DNA from: Pseudodesulfovibrio mercurii
GTDB lineage: Bacteria > Desulfobacterota > Desulfovibrionia > Desulfovibrionales > Desulfovibrionaceae
Assembly: GCF_000189295.2 (NCBI RefSeq)
Contig: NC_016803.1
Coordinates: 1,260,001 to 1,292,000 of the forward strand
Direction of reading: 5' to 3'
Length of the DNA: 32,000 nucleotides
Shown: positions 1 through 7,902 of the stretch, piece after piece
How positions within the stretch are numbered: the first letter of the stretch is position 1
Layout of the letters: each line of letters starts with the position of its first letter
Translations under genes and position numbers: made by a program
The notes under the pieces: model-generated
What the model was told of the DNA's origin: nothing
Database searches by the model: none
The model's input: only the letters and a program-made list of their open reading frames with translations

Positions 1-51
1 CGATGATGCCCTAGCAGGCTGTTGAAAAACGCACGATTGCTGCGTTGCTTT

Positions 52-105
52 AAAAACGGCAAACCCTCGCGTACAAAAGAGTACGCTTCGGTCTTGCCGT
101 TTTTT
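52..105. repeat. Long imperfect hairpin element, copy 1. Outer stem AAAAACGGCAA/TTGCCGTTTTT, inner stem GCGTAC/GTACGC, followed by a T6 run.
   Basis: I paired the inverted repeat by eye. The cores CCTCGCGTA (65-73) and TACGCTTCGGT (82-92) recur at 955-963 and 970-980. The T-run after the stem also makes it terminator-like for an upstream + strand transcript. Confidence 0.5.
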
Positions 106-182
106 CGCGCCTTGCACTCGCACGCTATTGCACAGCCTGCGGGAGGAGACAAAAGTAAATGGCAACAGCACCGTCGGAAATC

Positions 183-215
183 AAAGGCCGTCGTTCAGAC
201 GGCCTTTTCTTTTTT
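183..215 (+). terminator. Rho-independent terminator. Stem AAAGGCCGTC/GACGGCCTTT, loop GTTCA, then TCTTTTTT.
   Basis: Perfect 10-bp GC-rich stem followed by a T-tract, read directly. It lies upstream of the nitroreductase start at 279. Confidence 0.6.
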
Positions 216-278
216 CCGGCAGTGGTTATATTGGTGGGAGATATTTTCACCCCGACCGACAATCCGGAGGATATACAT

Positions 279-890
279 ATGGATTTCAACGACATCCTTG
301 AACGGCGCAGAGCCATCAACTTCTTCGATCCCTCCCAGGACGTGCCCGACGACCTGCTGCGCACCGTGCTGGCCGAGGCGGGCAAGGCCCCGTCGAGCTT
401 CAATCTCCAGCCGTGGAAGGTCAAGGTCGTCCGCGACCCGGAACGCAAGGCCGCCCTGCGCGCCCTGGCATTCGACCAGGCCAAGGTGACCGAGGCCCCG
501 GTGGTGCTCATCGTCCTGGCCGATCAAGACGGCTGGAAGGAAGGCAACCCCACCTTCGAAGGCCACTTCAAGCACAACATGAAGCCGGAGCAGCGCGATT
601 ACCTGGTCAACTCCGCCAAGGCCCTGTACGGAGGCTCCCCGGACGCCTCCCTGGCCTTCGCCACCAAGAACGCCGGGCTGTTCGCCATGTCCTTCATGTA
701 CGCGGCCTGCGCCCATGGCCTGGACACCCACCCCATGGACGGCTTCGACCGCGATGCGGTGCGCAAGGAGTTCAATATCCCGGACAACTACTGGCTGGCC
801 ATGCTCATCGCCGTGGGCCACCGCACCCCTGATTTAGTCGTCCACCCCAAGGCCTGGCGCCAATCCGTGGATGAGATGATTTTGAAGTAG
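279..890 (+). CDS. Nitroreductase-family (NAD(P)H-flavin oxidoreductase) protein, 203 aa
   Basis: The N-terminus MDFNDILERRRAINFFDP...APSSFNLQPWKVKVV is typical of the nitroreductase family. A GGAGG Shine-Dalgarno at 266-270 lies 8 nt before the ATG at 279. The in-frame ATG at 159 would read through the terminator hairpin at 183-215, so I rejected it. Confidence 0.85.
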   Translation: MDFNDILERRRAINFFDPSQDVPDDLLRTVLAEAGKAPSSFNLQPWKVKVVRDPERKAALRALAFDQAKVTEAPVVLIVLADQDGWKEGNPTFEGHFKHNMKPEQRDYLVNSAKALYGGSPDASLAFATKNAGLFAMSFMYAACAHGLDTHPMDGFDRDAVRKEFNIPDNYWLAMLIAVGHRTPDLVVHPKAWRQSVDEMILK

Positions 891-928
891 GCGTTTGGAC
901 GGGGAGCGGCTTCCGATAGCGGGCCATC

Positions 929-1003
929 TGCACATTTTTTCCGGCCGCGCCAATCCTCACGTAGACGGCTACGCTGCGGTTGTCGCGGCCGGAAGAAAAT
1001 GCA
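929..1003. repeat. Long imperfect hairpin element, copy 2. Outer stem CCGGCCGCG/CGCGGCCGG extended by T-run/A-run pairing, inner stem CGTAG/CTACG.
   Basis: It has the same architecture and the same conserved internal cores as copy 1: CCTCACGTA at 955-963 and TACGCTGCGGT at 970-980. The outer stem sequence differs but still pairs. Confidence 0.5.
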
Positions 1004-1094
1004 CAGCTGACCCACTCTCGAAAGCCTTGTGCCAGCGCGGAGAGCCGCTGTCGGGTGCTGCGCACCCGAATCGCTCCAGAAAAATTGAAGAAGG

Positions 1095-1134
1095 AAAGGC
1101 CTTCGACTCAACACCGAGTCGAAGGCCTTTTTTA
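1095..1134. terminator. Bidirectional intrinsic terminator. Stem AAAGGCCTTCGACTC/GAGTCGAAGGCCTTT, loop AACACC.
   Basis: A 15-bp perfect stem is followed by TTTTTTAT on the + strand. On the - strand it is followed by a T-rich run (complement of AAAAATTGAAGAAGG). It sits between the convergent nitroreductase (+) and csaA-like (-) genes. Confidence 0.7.
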
Positions 1135-1195
1135 TGTGCTTGCGCCCCGCGAAGCGGATAGGAAAAGTTTAGGAAGGGAGAGGGGATGGGGGTCC

Positions 1196-1251
1196 GGGGG
1201 AAGGGGAGAGGGAAAGCCCTTTTCCAAAGGGTTTCCCTCTCCCCTTCCCCC
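1196..1251. repeat. Near-perfect 26-bp hairpin with a homopurine left arm and a homopyrimidine right arm, embedded in a G-tract-rich stretch
   Basis: GGGGGAAGGGGAGAGGGAAAGCCCTTT / AAAGGGTTTCCCTCTCCCCTTCCCCC, with one bulged G at 1216 and a 3-nt loop. A similar purine motif, GGAAGGGAGAGGGGA, precedes it at 1171-1185. Confidence 0.6.
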
Positions 1252-1268
1252 GGCCGCCGGAGGCATTC

Positions 1269-1604
1269 CTATCCCAACTTGAGGCCGTTGGGGCAGGGTT
1301 TGTCGGGGACGGCGAGGACGACGCCGTCAGGGCGGTAGAAACCGGTGACGAGGCATTCGGAGCGCATGGGGCCGATCTGTTTGGGCGGGAAGTTGACCAC
1401 GCCGACGACCTGTTTGCCCAGAAGTTCTTCGGGGTTGTAGAGGGCGGTGATCTGGGCGCTGGACTTGCGGGTGCCGATGTCCTCGCCGAAATCGACCAGG
1501 AGTTTGTAGGCCGGGACGCGGGCCTCGGGAAAGGGCTCGACCTTGACGATGGTGCCCACGCGCAGTTCCACTTTTTCGAAATCGTTCCAGGATATGGTTT
1601 CCAT
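1269..1604 (-). CDS. csaA: CsaA-type tRNA-binding-domain (EMAP/OB-fold) chaperone-like protein, 111 aa
   Basis: [40 protein letters not shown]...SSAQIT...[15 protein letters not shown]...PNGLKLG aligns along its whole length with my memory of Bacillus subtilis CsaA. A GGAGGA Shine-Dalgarno lies 6 nt upstream of the ATG at 1604. The longer ORF to 1661 adds a non-homologous leader. Confidence 0.85.
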   Translation of the reverse strand: METISWNDFEKVELRVGTIVKVEPFPEARVPAYKLLVDFGEDIGTRKSSAQITALYNPEELLGKQVVGVVNFPPKQIGPMRSECLVTGFYRPDGVVLAVPDKPCPNGLKLG

Positions 1605-1661
1605 CGGGGGTCCTCCGGTTGCGGTGTGTTCGGGTGGGGGTACCATGTTTGCACGGCACAA

Positions 1662-1687
1662 GAAAGGGGGCCCGAAGGCCCCCTTTC
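1662..1687 (-). terminator. Intrinsic terminator after the FeS/membrane operon. Stem GGGGGCC/GGCCCCC with a UUCG loop on the - strand RNA, then UUUCUUGUG.
   Basis: I read the hairpin GAAAGGGGGCC-CGAA-GGCCCCCTTTC directly. It lies 28 nt downstream of the stop at 1715 on the - strand. Confidence 0.6.
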
Positions 1688-1714
1688 CGGCTATGGGAAT
1701 GGAGTGTGTGGGAA

Positions 1715-2176
1715 CTATTTACGGACCGCGTAGGCCGAAGCCCGGCGGATCAGAGCGACCAGGGCGAGCACGCCCAGGACCATTACCAGGGTGAGATGGG
1801 TCCACTCGATGGTCAAGATGGCGGCCGGGTCCAGGGTCACGCCGGGCAGGTTGCGGTAGACGCGCAGCAGGCCGGAGACGAGCAGGCCGCCCACGACCAC
1901 GGCGCGGGCCAGCCCCAGGCCGGTCAGGGCCAAATGGTGCTTCCAGGACTTGAGCCAGTTGACCAGGACCAGGGCCGCCAGGAACAGGAGCGCGGCCCCG
2001 AGCACGTAGTGAATCTTGTGCACCAGGTAGAAATCGCCGGTCCAGGCCATGCCCGGAATGGTGGTCAGGGCGTAGCGCTTGGCCAGGGGCATCTGGAGGA
2101 GCCCGGTGAAGGCCAGGGCGGCCACCAGGAGGATAAACAGCCGGGATATCCAGGCCGGATAGGGTCTAGCCTTCAT
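1715..2176 (-). CDS. Small integral membrane protein (about 4 TM helices, conserved His residues). Putative cytochrome-b-like/DUF4405-like anchor for the adjacent FeS protein.
   Basis: There are four hydrophobic segments and the His motif HKIHY. The start overlaps the upstream FeS gene stop by 11 nt, which suggests translational coupling. The family assignment is tentative. Confidence 0.65.
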   Translation of the reverse strand: MKARPYPAWISRLFILLVAALAFTGLLQMPLAKRYALTTIPGMAWTGDFYLVHKIHYVLGAALLFLAALVLVNWLKSWKHHLALTGLGLARAVVVGGLLVSGLLRVYRNLPGVTLDPAAILTIEWTHLTLVMVLGVLALVALIRRASAYAVRK

Positions 2177-3263
2177 GGTCGTCCTCCCCGTTGTTCAGCA
2201 GCCTGGAGCCCAGGCCGAGCACACCCGCGGCGATGCCCGCCACCGGCGCGATGAACGCGGCCGTGGCCAGGTTGGTCTCGTCGGCCATGACGTCCTTGAC
2301 CGGGCCCATGTGCGGCTTGCCGGGGCCCAGCGGGCTGCGCTTGCCGGCCTGCTTGCCCTTGCCGGCGTTCTTGCCCCCGTTCTTGCCGGAGTTCTGGCCC
2401 GCGCCGGGGCCGGAGTCCTTGTCGATGACCTGGTTGATGAGCTCGAAGGGCACCGGGGAGACATACAGGGTGTTGGTCCCGCCGTTCTCCTCCAGACCGT
2501 AGATGAAGCCGCTCATTTCCTTGGCCAGGGCCTTGGCCCGGGCCACGATCTCGGCGCGCGGGCCGATGGTCTGGACGTTCTCCGGGCAGACCGCGATGCA
2601 GGCGGGCATCTCGCCCTTGTCCAGGAGCTGGTAACAGCGGTCGCACTTGTACATGACGCCGTTGCCCGCCAGGCGCGGCATGAGGTGGCGATAGAGACCC
2701 ACGCCGGACTGGCGCTGGGGGATGTGCCACGGGCAGACGGTCCGGCACTTGGCCCCGCCCATGCACAGGTCCGGGCTGATGCGGGTCAGGCCGTTGACCT
2801 GCTTGTTGGCCGCGCCGAAAGGACACATGTTGGCGCAGGGCGGGTTCTGACAGTGCATGCACCGCCGGGGTATGTTGATGTCGTAGGACCGTCCCTCGTA
2901 CTCCACCTGGGCGTTCTGCAGGAACAGCCAGTTGTAGGGGGTCAGCCGGTCGTCCACGTCGCGCAGGTCGGACCAGTCCTCGGGCTTGGCCCGGCGGGAC
3001 GGGAGCATGGCCGGAAACGGCTTGACCGGCTCCGGGAACTTGTCGGCGTTGGACTCGCGGCAGGCCTCGACGCAGGCGCCGCAGCCGATACACTTGGACA
3101 GGTCGAGCAAGGTGGCCAGCTCCCCGTCCGAGGGGGCGGGCACGCGCTCCTGCGCGGCCAGGACGGGCGCGGCCGGAACCAGCGCCCCGGCGGGACCGAC
3201 GCCCAAGGCCTTGAGGAACCCGCGTCGGCTGACGGTCCCCGTCCGATGTTTCTTCTCTGCCAT
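2166..3263 (-). CDS. Tat-exported four-cluster [4Fe-4S] ferredoxin-like subunit (DmsB/HybA/HmcB type) with a C-terminal TM anchor, 365 aa
   Basis: Twin-arginine signal: SRRGFLKALGVGPAGALVPAAPVLAA. Cys clusters: CIGCGACVEAC, CMHCQNPPCANMCP, CMGGAKCRTVCP and CDRCYQLLDKGEMPACIAVCP. C-terminal helix: AAFIAPVAGIAAGVLGLG. I chose the start at M55 of the track ORF (ATG at 3263) because it places the RR motif about 14 aa from the N-terminus. Confidence 0.85.
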   Translation of the reverse strand: MAEKKHRTGTVSRRGFLKALGVGPAGALVPAAPVLAAQERVPAPSDGELATLLDLSKCIGCGACVEACRESNADKFPEPVKPFPAMLPSRRAKPEDWSDLRDVDDRLTPYNWLFLQNAQVEYEGRSYDINIPRRCMHCQNPPCANMCPFGAANKQVNGLTRISPDLCMGGAKCRTVCPWHIPQRQSGVGLYRHLMPRLAGNGVMYKCDRCYQLLDKGEMPACIAVCPENVQTIGPRAEIVARAKALAKEMSGFIYGLEENGGTNTLYVSPVPFELINQVIDKDSGPGAGQNSGKNGGKNAGKGKQAGKRSPLGPGKPHMGPVKDVMADETNLATAAFIAPVAGIAAGVLGLGSRLLNNGEDDHEG

Positions 3264-3651
3264 GTCGCTTTGCAACCTCTTGTTGATGCTGTTTGCGGAC
3301 CGGACATCCTTCCGGCCTTCGTGCAAATACCCTATAGGGGTATAATCCGGAAAGTCAACCCCGAGGGACCGGTTTGGCGGAAATCCCGTGAAAACGATCC
3401 GTTGCGGACGCCGCAAACCAGTCAATTTTTCAATTCAACACGCAGTAATTATTGCACTTGTCTCCATACTCCCCAACAGAGCGTTTGACACCGCAATCCT
3501 TTTTATTATAGGTATTCCATTCGGATTGTAAGTCCATTCTTGATCGGAAGCTTCCATCGCATGGTACGGCCTGACCTCCGAGGGCCGACCGGAACCAGGC
3601 CAGACGACCGAATTTCCTTCGAAACCCGACAACGGCCGGGAGGCTTGACGT

Positions 3652-4980
<1,329 letters not shown>

Positions 4981-4991
4981 CGAAACCGACC

Positions 4992-5014
4992 GGAGGCCCC
5001 GGCAAGGGGCCTCC
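4992..5014 (+). terminator. GC-rich stem-loop (GGAGGCCCC-GGCAA-GGGGCCTCC) between gltA and nadK. Weak or partial terminator, or an mRNA stabiliser.
   Basis: The stem is a perfect 9 bp, but no T-tract follows. nadK starts 31 nt later, so read-through is likely. Confidence 0.3.
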
Positions 5015-5044
5015 GTCCATTCCCCACCGGGAACCGCCCTGCCC

Positions 5045-5824
5045 ATGCACACCCTAGGACCCATAGAAAAAATCGCCTGCGTGGCCTCGGACACGCCCAA
5101 GGCCCAGGCCGGTCTCGAACAGCTGGCCGGGCTGTACGACCTGGTCCCGGCGGACGAGGCCGACGCCCTGGTGGCGCTCGGCGGCGACGGGTTCATGCTC
5201 CAGACCGTGCACGACCACATGGACTCGGGCATCCCCATCTACGGGATGAACCGGGGGACCATCGGCTTCCTGCTCAACCGTTTCCGGCCCGACGGGCTCC
5301 TGGAGCGGCTCAACCGGGCCCACCGCCTGGTCCTCAACCCCCTGGTCATGACCGCCGAGACCGTCTCGGGGCAGGTCTGCTCGGCCCTGGCCTTCAACGA
5401 GGTGGCCCTGCACCGCTACTCCCAGCAGTCGGCCAACATCCGGCTGTGCATCAACGGCCGCGAGCGGCTCGACCGGCTGGTCTGCGACGGCATCATGGTC
5501 GCCACCCCGGCGGGCAGCACGGCCTACAATTTGTCGGCCCACGGCCCGATCATCCCGCTGGGGTCCAACGTCCTGGCCCTGACCCCGGTCAGCCCGTTCC
5601 GGCCCCGGCGCTGGAACGGCGCGCTCCTGCCCCACTCCGCCGTGGTGGAGTTCACCATCCTCGACCCGGATCACCGGCCCGTGGGCGCGGCCGCCGACTC
5701 CTTCGAGGTCCGCGACGTGGCCAAAGTGCGCGTGGTCGAGGACCATTCCCGGCCCGCCCTGGTCCTGTTCGACCCGGACCACTCCCTGGAGGAGCGTATC
5801 TTCAACGAGCAGTTCGTCCACTGA
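5045..5824 (+). CDS. nadK: NAD(+) kinase, 259 aa
   Basis: Motifs seen: GGDGFML, AFNEVAL and DGIMVATPAGSTAYNLSAHGPI, all characteristic of NAD kinase. Confidence 0.9.
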   Translation: MHTLGPIEKIACVASDTPKAQAGLEQLAGLYDLVPADEADALVALGGDGFMLQTVHDHMDSGIPIYGMNRGTIGFLLNRFRPDGLLERLNRAHRLVLNPLVMTAETVSGQVCSALAFNEVALHRYSQQSANIRLCINGRERLDRLVCDGIMVATPAGSTAYNLSAHGPIIPLGSNVLALTPVSPFRPRRWNGALLPHSAVVEFTILDPDHRPVGAAADSFEVRDVAKVRVVEDHSRPALVLFDPDHSLEERIFNEQFVH

Positions 5825-5847
5825 CCGGGGCACCCCCCACGGGCGTA

Positions 5848-5875
5848 TTGTACAACCGGGCAAATACGGTATAGT
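5848..5875 (+). promoter_or_regulatory. Candidate sigma-70 promoter for the helicase gene: TTGTAC-N16-TATAGT
   Basis: I read the hexamers and spacing directly. It would give a 5' UTR of about 80 nt that contains a 9-bp inverted repeat, ATTCCGGCC (5899-5907) / GGCCGGAAT (5930-5938). Confidence 0.35.
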
Positions 5876-5960
5876 GTTCCCCGCAACGAACGAATTTCCC
5901 ATTCCGGCCCCTGCAACAACGTCATCAATGGCCGGAATCCACATCACACAGTAGGTACCA

Positions 5961-7898
5961 ATGGAAAACGACACCCTGCATCCCGAAAACGGGACCAACA
6001 CACCGGAAAACGGCCCCGCGCCGATCACCTTCGACAACCTGCCCGAAAAACTGCGGCAGGCCTGCGACCGCGCAGGATGGGACAGGCTCATGCCCGTCCA
6101 GGAACGCGCCATCCCCTTCCTCCTCGACAACCAGGACGTCATGGTCCAGGCCCGCACCGGGTCCGGCAAGACCGGCGCCTTCGTCCTGCCGCTCATGGAA
6201 AAACTCGACCCGTCCCGGCACACCTGCCAGGCCCTGGTCATGGTCCCCACCCGCGAGCTGGCCAAGCAGGTCGCCCAGGAGGCGCGCACCCTGGCCGGCG
6301 ACAACCTCCGGGTCGTGGCCGTGTACGGCGGCGTGGGCTACAAGGAACAGCTCGACGCCTTCCGCGAGGGCGCGAACCTGGTGGTCGGCACCCCCGGCCG
6401 CATCCTGGACCATCTCATGCGCCGCAACCTGACGCTGGACGACCTGCGCGTGGTCATCTTCGACGAGGCGGACCGCATGCTCTCCGTGGGCTTCTATCCG
6501 GACATGGTCGAGGTCAAGCGCTACCTGCCGCGCAACATCGACGGCGCGTACATGTTCTCGGCCACCTTCCCGCCCAGCGTGCTGCGCCTGGCCGAGGAGT
6601 TCATGGTCAAGCCGGAATTTTTGAGCCTCTCCTCGGACGAGGAAAACGTCTCGGCCATCGCCCACCAGTTCGTGGAGGTTCCGGCCATGGGCAAGGAGCG
6701 CAAGCTCATCAAGCTCATCGAGCTGGAGAACCCCACCTCGGCCCTGATCTTCTGCAACACCAAGCGCAACGTGGAATTCACCGCCGCCCTGCTCTCCCAG
6801 TTCGGGTTCGACGCCGAGGGGCTGACCTCGGACCTGACCCAGAACAAGCGCGAGGCGCTCATGGCCCGCATCAAGGAGGGCAAGCTGCGCTTCCTGGTGG
6901 CCACGGACGTGGCCGCGCGCGGCATCGACATCCCGGAGCTGTCCCACGTGTTCATGATGGAGCCGCCCGAGGACCCGGAGTCCTACGTGCACCGCGCCGG
7001 CCGCACCGGCCGGGCCGGAGCCACGGGCACGGCCATCACCCTGGTGGACGTCATCCAGCGCATCGAGCTGGAGCGCATCGCGGCCCGGTTCAAGATCCAA
7101 TTCGAGGAGATCAAGGACCCGACCGACGAGGACGTCACGGCCATCATCGGCGAACGGCTGACCGCCATGCTCGAAAAGAAGTTCCGCAAGCTGACCAATC
7201 TCCAGAAGGAACGGGTCTCCCGCTTCCTGCCCGTGGCCAAGACCTACGCCGAGCACGAGGACTCCCTGGCCCTGCTGGCCATGCTCCTGGACGAGCTGTA
7301 CCAGCCCACCCTGCACGGCAAGCCCGCCGCGCCCGACACCGCCTCCGAAGCGCAACGCGAACCGCAGCGCGAACGGCCCGCACGCAAGCGCGGCGGCCGC
7401 AACCGAAGGTCCGACGAGCCCTCCGGGGAACGGCGCCAGGCCAGGCCCGCGCCGGCCGAGACGGCCGACGAGCCCAGCCAGGCCAAGCCCCGGCCCAGCG
7501 AGGGACGGCAACCTCGTGAAGACAGGCAGCCTCGTGAAGACAGGCAGCCTCGTGAAGACAGGCAGCCCCGCGAGGAGCGCGAACCCGAAGCCCGGCCCGG
7601 CGAGGCCGAGCAGCCGAGCCCTGCGGCCAGGGAGCAGTCACGCCCGCCCCGGTCCCGGAGCAGGCGTCCGGCCCGATCCGAAGAGGAGCGTCCCGCACGT
7701 TCCGAGGAGGAGCGTCCCGCACGTTCCGAGGAGGACCGCCCCGCACGTTTCGAGGAGGACCGCCCCGCACGCTCCGAGGAGGACCGCCCCGCACGGGCCG
7801 CGCGCGCGACCGCGCCGTCCGACGACGAGGGCGACGAAGGCAAGGCCAAGATCAAGCGGCGCAGGCGCAGGCGTCGGCGCAAGCCCTCGGGCAGCTAG
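5961..7898 (+). CDS. DEAD-box ATP-dependent RNA helicase with a long low-complexity Arg/Glu/Pro C-terminal extension, 645 aa
   Basis: Helicase motifs present: ARTGSGKT (I), PTRELA (Ia), TPGR (Ib), DEAD (II), SAT (III) and HRAGRTGRAG (VI). Residues from about 450 to 645 are disordered-looking repeats that end in KIKRRRRRRRRKPSGS. Confidence 0.95.
   Translation: MENDTLHPENGTNTPENGPAPITFDNLPEKLRQACDRAGWDRLMPVQERAIPFLLDNQDVMVQARTGSGKTGAFVLPLMEKLDPSRHTCQALVMVPTRELAKQVAQEARTLAGDNLRVVAVYGGVGYKEQLDAFREGANLVVGTPGRILDHLMRRNLTLDDLRVVIFDEADRMLSVGFYPDMVEVKRYLPRNIDGAYMFSATFPPSVLRLAEEFMVKPEFLSLSSDEENVSAIAHQFVEVPAMGKERKLIKLIELENPTSALIFCNTKRNVEFTAALLSQFGFDAEGLTSDLTQNKREALMARIKEGKLRFLVATDVAARGIDIPELSHVFMMEPPEDPESYVHRAGRTGRAGATGTAITLVDVIQRIELERIAARFKIQFEEIKDPTDEDVTAIIGERLTAMLEKKFRKLTNLQKERVSRFLPVAKTYAEHEDSLALLAMLLDELYQPTLHGKPAAPDTASEAQREPQRERPARKRGGRNRRSDEPSGERRQARPAPAETADEPSQAKPRPSEGRQPREDRQPREDRQPREDRQPREEREPEARPGEAEQPSPAAREQSRPPRSRSRRPARSEEERPARSEEERPARSEEDRPARFEEDRPARSEEDRPARAARATAPSDDEGDEGKAKIKRRRRRRRRKPSGS
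7512..7565 (+). repeat. Perfect 18-bp tandem repeat x3 (CCTCGTGAAGACAGGCAG), encoding PREDRQ units
   Basis: Three exact copies at 7512-7529, 7530-7547 and 7548-7565, with degenerate flanking copies on both sides. The repeat is in frame with the helicase CDS. Confidence 0.9.
7674..7793 (+). repeat. 24-bp tandem repeat x5 (consensus CGTTCCGAGGAGGAGCGTCCCGCA), encoding RSEE(E/D)RPA units
   Basis: Five consecutive units start at 7674, 7698, 7722, 7746 and 7770, with a few substitutions each. The repeat is in frame with the helicase CDS. Confidence 0.9.
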
Positions 7899-7902
7899 GC
7901 CG

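Noticed and set aside
159-278. In-frame upstream ATG at 159, with a strong GGGAGGAG Shine-Dalgarno, that would add a 40-aa hydrophobic N-terminal extension to the nitroreductase
   Set aside because: The extension reads straight through a textbook intrinsic terminator (183-215), and its FFF run is just the T-tract. A TATATT -10-like hexamer (227-232) and a GGAGG Shine-Dalgarno sit between the terminator and the ATG at 279. The homologous nitroreductase fold starts at MDFNDIL. I cannot fully exclude a membrane-anchored isoform or a leader-peptide role.
1-1010. The nitroreductase as an integron gene cassette flanked by attC sites
   Set aside because: The flanking palindromes lack the RYYYAAC/GTTRRRY core sites. 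No intI gene or attI is present, and both elements are followed by ordinary terminators.
895-1282. The + strand ORFs 895..1161 and 980..1282 in the nitroreductase-csaA intergenic region
   Set aside because: They run through hairpins, a bidirectional terminator and the purine/pyrimidine palindrome. They have no Shine-Dalgarno and no protein-like composition.
3330-3346. The palindrome CCCTATAGGG followed by a perfect TATAAT (3341-3346) as the gltA promoter or operator
   Set aside because: There is no acceptable -35 hexamer at 16-18 bp spacing, and it would imply a leader of about 300 nt. A TTGACA at 3485-3490 is an alternative, but its -10 is poor. The evidence is too weak to call either one.
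5054-7511. Long - strand ORFs (5054..6304 and 5925..7511) and the + strand off-frame ORF 6077..7519
   Set aside because: They lie antisense or out of frame to nadK and the DEAD-box helicase, both of which show full motif sets. The ORF compositions are Arg/Gly/Pro/Ala-biased, as expected from GC-rich non-coding frames.
7512-7793. Tandem direct repeats as a possible CRISPR array (also considered for 20630..22255)
   Set aside because: The repeats are contiguous with no unique spacers and lie in frame inside protein-coding genes. There are no cas genes.
7516-7902. Upstream part of ORF 7516..8688 (MKTGSLVKTGSLVKTGS...)
   Set aside because: This is the helicase repeat region read in a different frame, and the peptide periodicity comes from the 18-bp and 24-bp DNA repeats. 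The real gene most likely starts at the GTG at 7903.
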